Assembly (NCBI RefSeq): GCF_009914755.1 | Contig: NC_060930.1 | Source of the DNA: the human T2T-CHM13v2.0 reference genome, Homo sapiens | Strand: one strand, 5' to 3' | Length of the DNA: 64,000 bases | Shown here: piece by piece, positions 1-14,799 of the stretch | Numbering within the stretch: position 1 is the first letter of the stretch | How the letters are laid out: each line of letters begins with the position of its first letter | Translations under genes and position numbers: made by a program | Notes under the pieces: model-generated | The model's input: the letters and a program-made list of their open reading frames with translations, nothing else | Told to the model about the DNA's origin: nothing | The model's database searches: none

Positions 1-774
1 GACAGCATTAGGATGGCGACCACTGCCCCAGACGGCCCAGTGCTCTACCCCTAGCGTGATCTGAACTGCTGAAGTCAGAGAAGTCCACGTTGGATAAACA
101 AAGCCAGCCCAGTAGTAACCTGGCTGTCACAGTGACCGTGTGTCCGTCTTACTGAACCTGGGTTTACGTGACTAGGATGCTGACACAAGTGAGTTTGCGC
201 ATGGCTTGCTGTTCTCTTCAACCCTCTCCAGCCTGAATAGGAATGTTAAACCCACTCAGGAATTCTCGTTGGTCTAAAGGACTGTGTTCATTGGTCTTTG
301 ACACTCCGTCAACCAACTTAGCGGGGTTGACCTGAGCCTTCGGACACGATGTGCCTGTGGGTGCCTGCCTCTCCTCCCACGAGACAGACCTGAACTGTCT
401 CCTCAGCTGCTCAGCTGATTGTGAGAAATGTATTCTGTGACAAAGGCAGGCCACATTTCAGCGTCTTTTCTGAAGTGGCATGCTTAATTCCGCAGGGGCA
501 GTGGGGGGATATTTAGAAGCAGTCGGTGGGAGAGGATGAACTGCTGAGTTTGAAGTAGTGAAAGGGGAAATCAGTCATAAAATTCATGTTTGAGAATTAC
601 ACCAGTGAAGCCGTTGACTGCCTGGGTCAGAGCCGAAGGGCCATGTTTAGTGGCTGGGAGCCACTCGCCCCCAGCACTGGCTTTCTGCATGCTGCACGCC
701 TCTTATGTCAAGTCTTTGCCTCCATTTTTGTAGGACCTCTTCTTTTTCATTTTTTTTAGTTTTATTTGTTCCCC

Positions 775-925
775 TTTTTATTTTATTTATTTTTCATTTG
801 TTTAAATGTATGGGGTACAAGTGCACATTTGTAACATGCATAGATTGCATAGGGATCAAGTCAGGGCTTTTAGGGGATCCCTCACCCACATAAACATACA
901 TTTCACCAATTGAGTAATTTCTTAC
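775..925 (-). mobile_element. L1M(A) 3'-end fragment
   Basis: T-rich tail then ggggtacaagtgcacattt...gatcaagtcagggcttttaggg typical of antisense L1MA 3' ends. Confidence 0.6.
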
Positions 926-2330
926 ATAGGACCTTTCTACTGTCAACAGTAATTGTGGGAATTGTTTCTACAGTGATTTAAGCCTTGAAAGAAGTAACTT
1001 CCTCCTAGTAAAATTGTAAAATCAAATGGTAAGATGACGTGGTCTCTAAGGAGGAGTGTCTACAGCTTTAATTACTACACTGCTAATGGTGAGAGGGTTG
1101 TACATTTTATCTGGTAAGAGAAAGTCTGCCTCTCCCATGGGCGGATGATATGACTTTTATTGAATGGAAAACCGGATGGAGATTATTTTTCATCTTGCTA
1201 ATGTAGTTTTAAATTATGTATTCCATGTTCACATTGTAATTGTAGCATTTTCTTGCATGACACTTTCAGCAAAGTTTGGTAGCTGTTTCCCATGCTTGGC
1301 ATTACCTCTAAAGGTGAAGTAACATAAGAATTGTATAGGAATACCATGAGAGCATAACGTGAGCATTATCAGCTAGGTGAGTGCGGAAGATCACACTGTT
1401 TAATTGCTGGATTGCCAGCTTCTGACCCTTCTCTGGGAGTGCGGCTGCCTCTGTACCTGCTTCATGACAGTACAAGCGTGAAGGCCACAGGAGAAAAAGA
1501 ACAGGACCACACAGCCCAGACCAGCCTTGGAAGGCATGACATTGCGTACAGAGTGTATCGGTTGCTTCTGATTTCCGTGATTTGAACCACTCTTTTATTA
1601 TGGACTTCAAAGGGAAAGTAAGCATAAGTTTAACTTCTGTGCTTTGGTTTTTCAGATAAACCTTATCTGATGGGACAAAAATTCTAAAACTATGGCAGCT
1701 ATCAAAATTGTCACAGCTTTATAACAGCAAACCAAGAGGAAGAGTGGTGTAAAAATAGACTCAGTCTGAGTTTTGGTTTGGTTTCGTTTTATCTGGGGGA
1801 GAAGGAGGTTGCCCTAGTAAAATTTCTACTTGCAAAGTCTTCCACGTGCCATTTTTTCTGTTAATATGTTCTCAGTGAGTGGTCTAAACTAAATGTATTG
1901 TGTTCTATTAATCACTGTTTACAGAAATTTGCCATTTAGGAATGTATATTGTGCAGTCTAATGTGTGCATTTCCCAGTTTTCACAAGGGGTTTTCTCATG
2001 TGCATGTAATAAGCAGTTCCACACTGGGTTTTCTTGATTATAGAGTCTGTGTAACGCTGTGACAGCCTGGGGTGGCACCTCGCCACAATCTTCAGAGTTG
2101 CACATTACTGTGTAACATTAGAAACTGCTGCTACTCTGAGCTCAAGTGAGTCAGGGGTGCACCCCAAGAGCTGGATCACTGTAGGGCCAGTGGGTTACCA
2201 GGTTGTCCTCCTACAGAAAGGGGAGATGGGGGGAAAACAGACCACCCTGCTGCAGTTTTAGCCTGCATTTCCATGAGTTATGGAAGGATTGGAAGAAAAG
2301 CTGACTGTCAGAGTTTTGCTCTAATACAGC

Positions 2331-2665
2331 TTTTTTGTGGGTTTTTGTGTGTTTTCTTTTTTTCTGAGACAGGGTCCGGCTCCGTCTCATCCAGGCTGGA
2401 GTACAGTGGCTGGTGCCATCTCAGCTCACTGCCGTCTCCCCCTCCCAGGCTCAGGTGATCCACCTCAGCTTTCCAAGTAGCCGGGACTGCAGGCGTGCAC
2501 CACCACGCCTCACTAATTTTTGTATTTTTTGTAGGGATGGGGTTTCACCATCTCTACAAAAGATGGGGTTTTGCCCAGGCTAGTCTTGAACTCCTGAGCT
2601 CAAGCAATCTTCCAGCATCAGCCTCCCAAAGTGCCTGTAATAGGCATGAGCCACCATGTCCAGCC
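2331..2665 (-). mobile_element. AluJ-like, antisense
   Basis: Alu consensus; TSD approximately ctctaatac(a/g)g(c/t)ttt. Confidence 0.9.
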
Positions 2666-4563
2666 TCTAATACGGTTTTTAAGTATTCTCGGATGCTCAA
2701 AACTGATCGCAAAACCGGATTTCAAAATTACTATATAGTTTTTGTTACTGTATTTATAAAACTTAGCACATTGTGGCTTTTAGGTTGCTGTTATGGTGAG
2801 GTCAGCTTCCTGTCTTGGATTTTGAGTAGCTTTTGCCCTCCTCTAGAACATGGTGTGTTCAGTTAGATGCTCTCCCTTGATCCTTTGCTCTTCAGCATGT
2901 CCTAAACGTCTCTGTTAGACAGAACCATCAGTTCCACAGTTTGGCCCCCCTTGAGCTCCGTGTTCTCTACCACCCCACTTGGTGCCCATAAGGAAAGAGA
3001 CACATAAAAGCCCCTCCTTGCTGTCAGGGGGCTCATGGGCTGTCACTCCTCAATGTACTTGGTGTGGACCCCTGAAATGCCAAACACATGGAAAATTCTA
3101 GCACCCTAGTTAGAGGAACACTGCATGACAAGTTCTTGTTTCTCCTGGCAGCTTTGTAAGTACCCAGGCATTCCCTTGCAGAGATGGGTGTGGTCCCTCA
3201 GTGATTGTCCTGGGAGCCATTCAGAACCATAGCTATGGGTGATCCTTGGCAGCACCTGGTTAACCTGATGGGAAAGGGTCCGGAACCGGGCAGGCCATCC
3301 AGGCCGTGTAGATGATCAGAGGGTGCGAGCACAGGATTTAGGCATTGGTGTTTCATAGATGGATAGGTGGTATGTCCTTGGGCCCTAGTTTGAGAAACAC
3401 TGATCTGGGCTGAAGCTGGAGGTTTGTTTTAGAAATTTGCTTAAGGAAGTATCTAATTTCACTGTAGTTTGCTCAGCCTTTAGCTTTGCAGATTAAGCTA
3501 GCTACTTATTGAAAATACCTCCTCAGAACCCTCTCCTCCTGCCCCCCACAGGCAACCTATATCCTTGGCTCTCCAAGCTTCCAGGGTCTGTTTTTTAAGC
3601 ATAAATGCTTCTACTTTTAAATAGTACTTACAAGATCATACGTCACCTCTGAGCTTACGTCTCTCTTTCCCCATTTTCTCCCCTCCATCCTGCAGAAATG
3701 GAACTTTAAATTCTGATCCAGGAGAACCAGTAGCCCACAGGCAGTCCTTTGACCTCCTGACCTGCTATGCATCCTCTGCCCTGCAGCTTCTCACATCCCC
3801 AGGTGGAAATGCTGTGCCCCTTCATCCATACCGTGGCACTTCCTCACTGGAGGTCACCTCTCCTGTGCATGGTCACATTCTGCCTGTCTGTTGAGAGGCT
3901 CCGTTCTTCGCTGCGTTCTGCTTACCTGGTTAAGCCACAAAAGGTTCTATGCTTAGACTAGACGTGGGATTTAAAAGTTTCCATGTTCGTGTACAGGAGT
4001 GTACAAAATATGCATGAGCAAGTGGTCACAGTCATAGACACACCGTGCCTTGGGGGGCCCCAGGTCATAAGATGGTGTTCTCTGTATTTCACCTGACACC
4101 TTTGGTTTTGTTGCTCTGTGAGAATGAGGGCAGTCTTTTAAAGGAACTCATCCAGAAAGAAAGGAGAAGCAAGTGTGTTGGAGAGAAGATACATTCATCA
4201 TGTCATTACTAAGCCCTGTATTAAACTTATTGTAAACACTAGGGTAATTACTGACTCCCTCCATGTGAGGAATCAGGGAAGGGCTGCTGTGTCCAGGCTT
4301 TCCGGCGTCCGTAAGTGCTACCTCCAGCTATTCAGTAGCTCCAGCCGAAAGCCATGCCCTCCCCTTTCCTGCATCCTTATTATCAGCTCTGCTGCTCACC
4401 ATTGCCACCACCTTGTCCAAGCAATTGACATTAGTCTTTATTGCCTTTTTCCAATCCATTTCTCACACACCAGGAGGATTTTTTATAGATGTAAGTCATA
4501 TATTACTGCCCTGCTTAAGGGTGTGTCTTCGCTTTCTGGTGTACTTGAGATAAAATTCATACT

Positions 4564-4941
<378 letters not shown>

Positions 4942-5774
4942 CTAGGCTCCCTCCACTTTCTGGAATTGGCCAATTTCTTTCCTCCTGTTTTGCACATGTA
5001 TTCATATATATACATATACACACATACCTTTTTTTTTTTAATCTGGTTGACCTCTTATCCTTCTGGCCTCAGCACAGACGGCACTTCCTGGGAGAAGACT
5101 CCCCGATTTTCCCCCTCCATCTAAAACGTAGCGCTCAGCCACAGTTCTAGTTGCATGCTTAATGTGTTGGTTTCTTTACCTAAGCTAAGCTGCGGGAAGT
5201 TAGGCAGCACATATGTTTATTTACTCAGTCTCACGGCATTAGCACCTGGAACAACACCAGGCAGTGCTCACTTGCTCAGGTTTGTTAAACAGTGACTCTG
5301 ATTTTTGTGTCTTTGTCTTGTTGCCAGATTAAGTTCTTGTCTGTGGTTTTATGGCCAGAAGAGGCACACATAAATGAATGAGTACTCTGCCTTTAACTCC
5401 CTTCATATTTTCTGCTCTTTTCCTTCTGTCCAATTTATTAAGCACACTGCATACTATGTGCCATGTCATGAGGTTCACTGGGTGACCCCCATGGGACCAT
5501 GTGACTGATTTGTCCTCTGAAAGCCAGTGCTTGCTGGGCTGGGGAGAAGCCAGTTGCACAAAAGGTTATAACATAAGGCAACAGGTAAGTGCTCTCAGCT
5601 GAGCAACTTAAGAGACTGTGTTCAAAGGCTCAAGGAGCGAGCATGTCTGGTTGAGGTCTGCAGAAACTATGAAGAGGGAAAAGGTGTCTCCGTGGGCCTG
5701 GAAGGATTAGTCGGGTTTTTATAAAGCAGCAGTGTTGGAAGCGATGGTTTGGATAGAAGGCATGAAGTGGGTAG

Positions 5775-6117
<343 letters not shown>

Positions 6118-7582
6118 GAAAAAGGATTTTTAAGGCAGTTGACAGTTTGGAAATACAGGGATATAGTGTTCTGTTTTTAAATCCAAGCGAAGATGTCATG
6201 ACAAACTGAAATGAAAACATATTAAAGCCAGGGTTATGGTTAGTCCAGTCCAGGGTATGCATGCCGTGGCATTGGTGACTGCAGGTGGGCTGCAGATTTG
6301 GCTTTCAGCTGTCTGGTGGCATGTGATAAGAGTGTGCTGATGAGTCAGATCCACAGTGCTCTCACACATACATGCGCACAGTAGTTGCTCCGTAGAAGTA
6401 TAACTGTGCACGGTAATGAGACTTGAAAAACAGTTTTGCCCTAGGTCATTAGGAAAGTTTTTCCTGGTTTAGTGAACAAAATGTGTCCGCACCACTTTCT
6501 TCACAATTGATACAGTATTCATGGTACTGTTTGCTAAAGGGGGTCCTTGGTTTGTAGCCAGAGGCACAAACCACTTTTGGTATTGGTTCTAGGGATAGCT
6601 AAAAGCCTCAGAGTTCATGTCATAGAGCATGGTGTTTCTAACCCCCGCCCCTTAGCTTTAAATAAAATATTAGAAAAGAATCTATAATTTTCAAAATTAT
6701 TTAACTTTAAATAACTTCCTAGGTTAGTTTTAAACCTTTAGGGGTTACAGGACATCCACTTTCAAATTTCACCTTCCAGTAAGTAAAAACATGACTTACA
6801 AATACAGAATCCATTCATGTCAAGTATTCATTTAACTCAGCGAAGGAATCAAAAAGATAGTAAAGTTGAGTCAAAGAAAATGCAGGAGACCATGTGTAGG
6901 CACTGAAACAACGCTGGGATAGTTTCAGAGAAAGAGACAAAACCGGTTAACGGCCTGCAGGGCAGCCATACTAACCTTTGCTGTTGTCTTTTCTCCTGAG
7001 CAGGTGTCATTTCAATCTCTAAGCAATGCCATTGATTTATATCACTCTCAGTTTTCTAAAATTGACATCCATATGGAGCTGTAAAATACTCTAAACAGCG
7101 CTAAACAGTCAAATGAAGGTACATGGCCATAAAGAACGAGATGATCCCTGGTGGGAGTGGCTCCCAGTGCCCCAGCATGATGTTGAAAAGATACGTGGTC
7201 CTTTCACCTGTTTCCAAGTTGGGAATTTTTTTTTTCCTGACCATTAGGAAAAATGTTGACGTTGGTTTTGGTGAATCTGATTTGACCCATTCTTCCTGGG
7301 AGTAATAGGATAACACGGCCGCTTCTCATTTGTGTAGACAACCCCAGCTCATCATCATCTGCACGTGGCCTGGAGGGTCACTGTTCCCTGCAGTGGCTCC
7401 TTGGGAGAGGAGTAGCACCCTGTTCATCAAAAGCAGGTAGCAAGGCGCACTTACAGTTGCTGACTGGCAGGGGCGGAACGCCGTAGGGCTTTGTAGCCAG
7501 GGTAAGAAGTTTGGGTTTTTTTCAGATGGTGAAGGGATTGAAGTGGAAACATGATGTGTGCTGATTGACATTTGACATTTGA

Positions 7583-7973
7583 TTGTCTTCTCAGTCCATT
7601 TTCAGATATTTGTGAGAGAATATCTGAAACTACGTAATTTACAAAGAAAAGGAATTTTTCTTTCTTGAAGTGATAGATGCTGAGGAGTCCAGGATCAAGG
7701 GGCCCCCTCTGGTGGAGCCTCTTTGCTGGTGAGGACTCTGCTGAGTTCCCAGGCATCACATGGCGAGGGGGCAGAGCCTGCTTATGTGCCAGCTCAGCTC
7801 ACTCTCCCCCTCTTCTTATGAAGCCACCAGTCGCACTCCCGTGATAACCCATTCATGAGGGCAGAGCCCCCATGACCCAATTGCCTCTTAAAGGCCCCTC
7901 GTCTCAATACTGCCACACTGGGGGTTACATTTCAGGATGTGTCTTGGAAGGGATAAATGTTCAAACCATAGCA
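7583..7973 (-). mobile_element. MaLR solo LTR (MST/MLT1A-like)
   Basis: cccattcatgagggcagagcccccatgacccaat...ttcaaaccatagca MaLR motifs. Confidence 0.75.
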
Positions 7974-8677
7974 GCTGCTGACTGCTCTGAGGAGAGTGAC
8001 TTGCCGGTGAGGTGGACTAGCAGAAGTCATCAGAGCCTTTCTCAGAGTCCAGGCCAGGCTGTTAATGCTGGTGGCTTGCAGATGTAGACCAGCATTACTA
8101 AACTCTTAAAAGTTTGTTTCCCTGGGATCAAAGCTAACTTGGCAGAGACCTTATTGTGTCTTCAGAATTTTCTTCCCAGTGCTCGAAATTCGAGCCAAGG
8201 AACGAAAATCTCTTGAATGAGGGTAATTTTATTAACACTCTTCCTTATTATTTAATTAAAATTTTTTTATTTCAGGGGTGGTTTTAAGTGCCATCTTTTA
8301 AAGCATTACATCGGTAATTTGCTAATCTGAGCTTCTCTCCTCTCCACAGCATGAGGCCCTGATACATTTAGGGCCTCTGTTAAAAAGCAAAAAGTGTGTG
8401 GCAGTGGCAATAGAATCACCAAAGCTAAAATCATAGAGAATGGTGGCTCGTAGTGTTTTAAAACTGTTTGAAAAGTGATTATAGGATTGGGGAAAAGTTG
8501 ATACTTCCATCTTTAAGCAGATAACAGAAAGCCTGGTTGCATGACTGGCAAACAATTTTAGATTTAAAAACAACAGCCCTTGGCTTTAAAATACTTCCAC
8601 CTTCTTCCGGCCTTCCAGGGAACTCTCTATACTTCCTTACTAGGAGGGTTATACTGGACAAAAGAGGACCGTCTAGT

Positions 8678-8897
8678 CTAGGGATCAGCACGCTTTTCCT
8701 TTAAAGAGCCATTTAGTAGATATTTTACACTTTGAGGCCAGACGGTCTCTACTACTACTTAACTCCACTATTGTAGCCTGAAAGCAGCCAAAGACAACAG
8801 GTAAACAAATGAACGTGGCTTACAAAACTTTATTCACAAAAACAGGAAGCAGCCCAGATTTGGCCAGGAGCCCTTGTTGGCGGAGCCCGGGTCTAGC
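8678..8897. mobile_element. MER58A-like hAT-Charlie MITE
   Basis: ttgtagcctgaaagcagcc...aaactttattcacaaaaacagg...cagatttggcc pattern. Confidence 0.7.
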
Positions 8898-9846
8898 CTG
8901 TTGGCCACCCAAGTTCTTACCTGTCTCCTCCTAACCTTCTCACCTTTGGAAACATAATTTATTACCATGTATGCCTGAGTCATAGAGGACTGACTGCTCT
9001 CTCTATGGTTTCTCCTCTCCTAGGAGTGGACTATTGTTGATTTTTACTTGGTTCTTGCTAGGCTGGGATAGGGGCTGCAGTGGAGGGTGGGAACAGGGTA
9101 ATCTTTGGTTGTTCTGGTCTTAGGCCCTGTGTGTCTCACCTGTGGGGGTGAAGTGTTTCATGATTTTTTTCTTCTGCTCAAGGAGTGAAAGAGTTCTTTT
9201 TTTTTTTTTTTTTCCACACTCTCCTTCCTTTGGCACTAGTAGATCAACAGGGTTTGCTGCCCTTCCCCCAGAGGCCAGAGAGAGGGCAGGGCAGGAGAGT
9301 ACGGCTCCGTGCTTTTCTCATGGGGGTGGCACGTCCTCTCCTCTGTGCCTGAAAGCCTGCTTCACCTCCACACTTTCTCATTAGCGAACTGCTACGCTGT
9401 CGTGCCAGTCCACACGCAGCCTCTTGCAGGTCTTTAGAAGCTCAGCTGAGTTTCTTACTATTATCTGTCTCTTGTGTTCTGCCGCAGTTGAGACAGTCCA
9501 CGTGGCCCCAGCTTTCCTTGCAGCGGCTCATCTTTCCTCAGATTGCAGGCTGTGTGGCTGCCTTGCAACCTCAGCCATCCTGCAAGTTCAAGAACAGTTG
9601 TAATTGATAGTTTATCCAGCTGTAACCAGCGTTTTAGCTGTGCACGGGCCTATTCTTCATTCTGAGCTATTAAGCTGGTTTTCATTTGACTTTGGTTTGC
9701 ATAGAACACAGGGTTTGCAGAATGGGTTTGTGACTGGGGTGGGTTGTGACATGGTTTCTTAGAACGGGGCCCACACATGGCCCACACATAGAGGTGTTTC
9801 AGTACAGCAGTAACAGCCCGGCACGGTACCACAGTGTTCACAGTTG

Positions 9847-10024
9847 TGGGAACAGGGTGAAGAGTAGACTGTCCTCCAGCTGGGAGAGTAGGCAGGGATG
9901 AGTCGGTGCAAGTGGATGAGTCCAGGACAGAGCTGGCTTCTGAGCCTAGGAGGTCGGGCATGTATCCTTGCCTTTATTCACTGTGCCCTGCCTGTGGTTT
10001 GCATGTGAGAACACACATCTCTGT
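9847..10024 (+). repeat. Donor copy of 178-bp dispersed duplication (other copy 20678-20855)
   Basis: Ungapped alignment, 12 mismatches in 178 by hand count. Confidence 0.95.
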
Positions 10025-10373
10025 CTTGTGTGCTGGGGCTGGCCCAACCTCGTAGATCATGTTTAACTCTGTGTTGTTAGGCATAACCACAGTCTACTTT
10101 AATGACAGCAGATGCCCCACTGTTTAGTCACACTGCAAAGAGCATCCTTTCGATCACCTCCCAGTGGAAATCCATGATGAAGAATAAATTCCTAGATTCG
10201 GATTTGTCAAAGATTTGTTTTGTTTTGTTTAATATTTTTGATACAAGTTGTCAAACCATCTTCCAAAACACATTTTACCACTCTGCTCTCTAGCCAGTGA
10301 ACACATTTTGCTTGGCCCTGATATTAGGGTTGTTTTGGGTGTTTGATAAACTTATGTGTTTTGACATTAGAAT

Positions 10374-11246
10374 TGTAAACCAAAAATAGCATTCTAAGCC
10401 CTGCAACTTGGAATGTGAACTGCCTCTTGGCCAAGGGGACCCTAAAGAAACCTACATAACTAGTTCAGGCCATAATGTGGGGGATGGGGGCAGACACACC
10501 TCATTATACCCTTACCGCTTTGGAGTTTAGACACAACTGACTAGCATTAACATTAAAAGAGAGATCCTAATACTGACAGAACAGACTCTGTAGCAACCAG
10601 ATACCAACTTCCAACCTGAGTCAGGTAGAGCATCACATGACAGATAATAGGTGCCCTGAAGGAAGCCAAAGTATTTTATCCCAAAATATAACTTGACATA
10701 TTCTGCAATGCCCCTGTAAAGCTCTCTTGTGGGGGAAATTTTCATTCTGTAGAGAATCTCCTTCCCTTACCAGGTCTTTTCCAGAGAGGCTGACACCTTT
10801 TCAGCTCTGATAAGAGACAGTCACCCTATATATGAAGCCTGCTACCTGGAGACTTCGTCTGTACGGCAAGAAGCTTGGCTTCCACACCTCCATATCTAAA
10901 CTCAAGCATTTCTTTATTCTGGATTCACCTCTTCAGATAGGGCTTACTCTTGCAACCAATTGCCAGTTAGGAAATCTTTGGATCCACCCATGACCTGGAA
11001 GCCTCCCCACCCCGCCACCCCATCCTGCCTTCCTAGGCCAAACCAATGTATACCTTACATGTATTGATTTATGTCTTTGCCCATAACTTCTGTATTCCTA
11101 AAATGTCTAAAGCCAAACTGTAACCCAGCCACCTTGGCACATGTTCTCAGGATTTCCTGAGGCTATGTCAGGGCCATGATCCTTAACCTCGGTAAAATAC
11201 ACCTCTAAATGGATTGAGACTTGTCTCAGATACTTTCTAGTCTACA
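10374..11246 (+). mobile_element. ERV1 solo LTR, MER4 family
   Basis: TG...CA termini (tgtaaaccaaaa...tagtctaca), 4-bp TSD GAAT (10370-10373, 11247-11250), MER4-type 3' end gattgagacttgtctcagatact. Confidence 0.8.
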
Positions 11247-14200
11247 GAATGATTAACTTGATTGCTTTAAACCTTCAGGTTTGGAGTGGCCATCTTTTTT
11301 ACAAACTGCATACCTCTAGCCTTCTCTTAGGAGATGACGCTACATGCCAAATGTTTTAAATTTCAAGGATAGTCTTTATATAAAATCTATGTACTTGTGG
11401 ATAATTTCCTCAAAGAACTCATGAGATGAGAAACTCTCGACTGAAGAGAACTAAAAATAAAGACTGAGTGAATGTCACAACCACTGAGAACAGGTTTTGA
11501 AAAGTTCACTGTGAGGTAAATGAAGACCCTGTTCTCATGGTCTGAAAATTAATTGAAAGGCCAACAGAATGACGCCTGGAAGGGTGACCAGATGTATCGG
11601 GGGGGGCGGGCAGTTTCTGTCCCCTGGCCTGCCTCCCCCTCTTTCAGTGATGCTGACCATTCACCTTTATCTGAGTGGTTCATTCCAGCCAAGCAGCTGA
11701 GCCTGTGAGGACAGAGGCATCTCTCCATTCTCTCAACAGCCTGTTTCTCTCTAAAATAAAATCACATATTTCCATTTTCTTATGATGCTTCCTAATTCCA
11801 AGGAGGTGTAGTGTGTAGTGATCCCCTCATGCTGGGCAGGTACCCCGGATGGAGGCCTGGCCACGTGCACGGCCCACTGCCACACCTCCACCTCTGACAC
11901 GTGGGCCCTGAGGGTGATGGGGAGTCCAGAGCACCCTGCCCACCAGAGAACTTCAGCTTTGATCCGTTTTGTTTTTGAGGTTCCAAGTAAGATTTTTCTT
12001 TAGGAAGGAAAAAATAGCTCTGTATACAGGGGCAATGCTAGGAAAACTGTTGCTTTTCTGTACTTTGTGGATTCTACTGAGTTTGTAACCTGCCCTGTCT
12101 TATCAAATCATTTGCTTTCATGGTTATTCCTTCCTTATGGTTTTGGGGTGGTTGAGTGTCTATGTGTGTGTTGGCTTGTTTTCTTTTAAAGAACCTCATG
12201 GAGAAATTTATCTTAGATCTTAGAAGTACCAGATTGTCTTTTGAAGTCATAGGTTTGTTTTTGTCTTAGAATCTTCGTTTTAATGGCGTTTCCATCCTTG
12301 CTTTGGCCTCTAGAAACACCAGAACTGAGTATGTGGCTTGCTTTTAGGAGCTAACCACAAGACTGACTGTTTCTGTGTGGTGGTTCTGCTGCTAGCTTCT
12401 TGTTGGGGTTTGTTAGACTTTGAGTAGCTTTGCCTTTGTAGTTTTAAGGGAGGTCTATAATGTATACTAATACTAATACATTGTAACCAAGCATAGAGCC
12501 TCATTATGATAGCAGTTGAGACACAGTTAAAATTAATGTAAATGTTACTCAAGTTTAAACTGTTTCTCTAATCTCCGATTTACAGATGAAGTGGGGGGCA
12601 GAAGTCAGAAGTTAATTGTCCTTTGGTGTAGTCTGCTGTTAGAATACTGAGAAATTGATAGAAATGGCAGCACTGAGGAAGGATTAAAAGTATAGATGGC
12701 AAGTTTTCATTCTTAGGCTGTTGCTGTTGGCATTGCAGGGAGAAGGTTGAAGTAGACATGATGATGAATATCAGCAAACACCTTGAACCCCTCCTTACTC
12801 TGGGTAATTATAGATGTACTTCCAAATGAGGTGTCTGAAGTTCTGCCCTCTGTGAGGTGAACTAGGGGTGGAAAATTAGCACTTGAACGTCTTAGCTTAG
12901 AACACATTGGATGCAATAACTATAGGTTGTGAGCTAATTTTCTTTGAAGTAGATGTTTGCCTGTAGCTACTATTCATGTATCTACCCAAGATAGTATCTT
13001 CCTTTAATATCTAGGTTTTGAAATTAACGGCCACACACTGTTAATGAAATAGAGAAATTAGATTGTAATTGATCAGTTGTCTTATGAAAACAATAGTTGC
13101 AAAAGCCAGTTGGTTCTGAGAGTCAGGATAAACATGAAGAAAAGTATTGATCATTCAATCCCATGTCAAAGTAGAATCATTTCTGCAGGAAATGTAGTTT
13201 TTGAAGATGTGATCAATAATAAGATCCCACTGCTGGAAATTATACCATGTCGATAGCTATGGTTATTTTTGTATTTTCATTTGTCCTTTTTAATTGTTGT
13301 TGTTATTGTTAATTCTGCCTTATTCTCTGCACTGAAAAGAAAGGTTGGGTGATGTTCTGCCCCCCCCCTTTTTTTTTGGCACTTTGAGGTGACATTATAA
13401 CATAAAGGTTGTTGCTTTTTTCTCTCCAATATTTGATGTATTTTCAAAGGCTTTAATAAGGAAATAACTAAATTTAAAGTACCACCTGTCTTCTTTAATT
13501 TGCTTTAGGAATTTATCCCTATATGCTTAGTTAGAATGATAGGATTGATATTGCGTAGTAATTTCTGATGTTTTTGTTTTAGTTTGTCAAAAGTAAAACT
13601 AAATAGCATGAATTTGCGTCTGTAATTAAAGATTGACCACGCTTGAATAAAGTTTTCCATTAACTTCTTCAAATAATGGAGTTCACTTTTAAGGATTTCC
13701 CTTTCCTCAGTGTTTTTAACTTTGATTCTAAAATGCTGGTTGTAGGGATTGCTTTGAAACTGCTTTATCTCTGTGTATGTTTTGAAGAACTGAGTAAGGA
13801 TGAACACTTCGATTTCCTTTGGGTTACTAAAGACTTTGCTGCTTTTCTGATTTAGGAGTCCAAATCCCCTTAAGGATTAATGCTCTCAGAGGAGCTCAGC
13901 ACAACTCAAAATGAAGATTAAAATTGACACAGGATTCTTCTACACATAGTAATCTATAAGTATGGGCCTTTAGACTACAGAACCTTCAGACGTGGGCAAA
14001 GACACTTGACTGTCTCTAGTTGAAACCTGCGCTAACTGTATAGTTTTGCATAGTTTATGGTGATATTGCTAATTAGAGTGTTTTGTTCCAGAAGACCGGA
14101 ACAAAACAAGTTCAAGTTCTTTTCGTTATCCTACTGTCAGTCATTCAGCAAAATGAGTGTCTTTAAGAGTGAGGCTCCTGCACAGAACCAGAGGCACAAG

Positions 14201-14393
14201 CTTGATGAGGCCTGGATCCTACACTGGGTACATGTGTGGCCTGTGTGTATACATTAAAACTGCAAGGCTGGCTGGCATACAGCAGTTCCAGGATATAAAA
14301 AAAAAAAGAAGTAAGAGTTTGTGAAGGTATTGTCTCTAAGCTAAGATAGCCTCAAAATTGGCTAGAGATTCTTGCACAATTTATCATTGATAA

Positions 14394-14615
14394 TACAGGT
14401 TAAATAACCCTGTCTGAAATGCTTGGGACCAGAAGTGTTTCAGATTTCACATTTGTCAGATTTTGGAATATTTGCATTATACTTACCAGTTGAGCATCTC
14501 AAATCAGAAATCCACGATGAGCATTTCCGTTGAGTGTTACATTGGTGAAAAGTTTCAGCTTTTGGAGCATTATTCAAAAAAATTCTTCGAGTTTTCAGGT
14601 TAGAGTTACTAACCT
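14394..14615. mobile_element. Tigger4(b)-like TcMar DNA transposon
   Basis: ta-caggtt...tgaaatgcttgggaccagaagtgtttcagatt motif. Confidence 0.7.
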
Positions 14616-14799
14616 CTCTCCAACATGTAAAGGATTTTACCTCCTTGTATCCCTGTTTCTCCATCCCAGGAGAACTAAAGTGAAGACATTTAACAAGGAA
14701 ATAGAAGTAATCACAGTCCATGATTTTAATCTTTTCCAATAGTTTTATTATAATTACTAATTAAACACATTCTAGATAATTTAGGAAACTATTAAATAT

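Noticed and set aside
7700-7716. CTCF-like CCACCAGAGGGGGCC in MaLR LTR
   Set aside because: Mismatch at the conserved C of GGC
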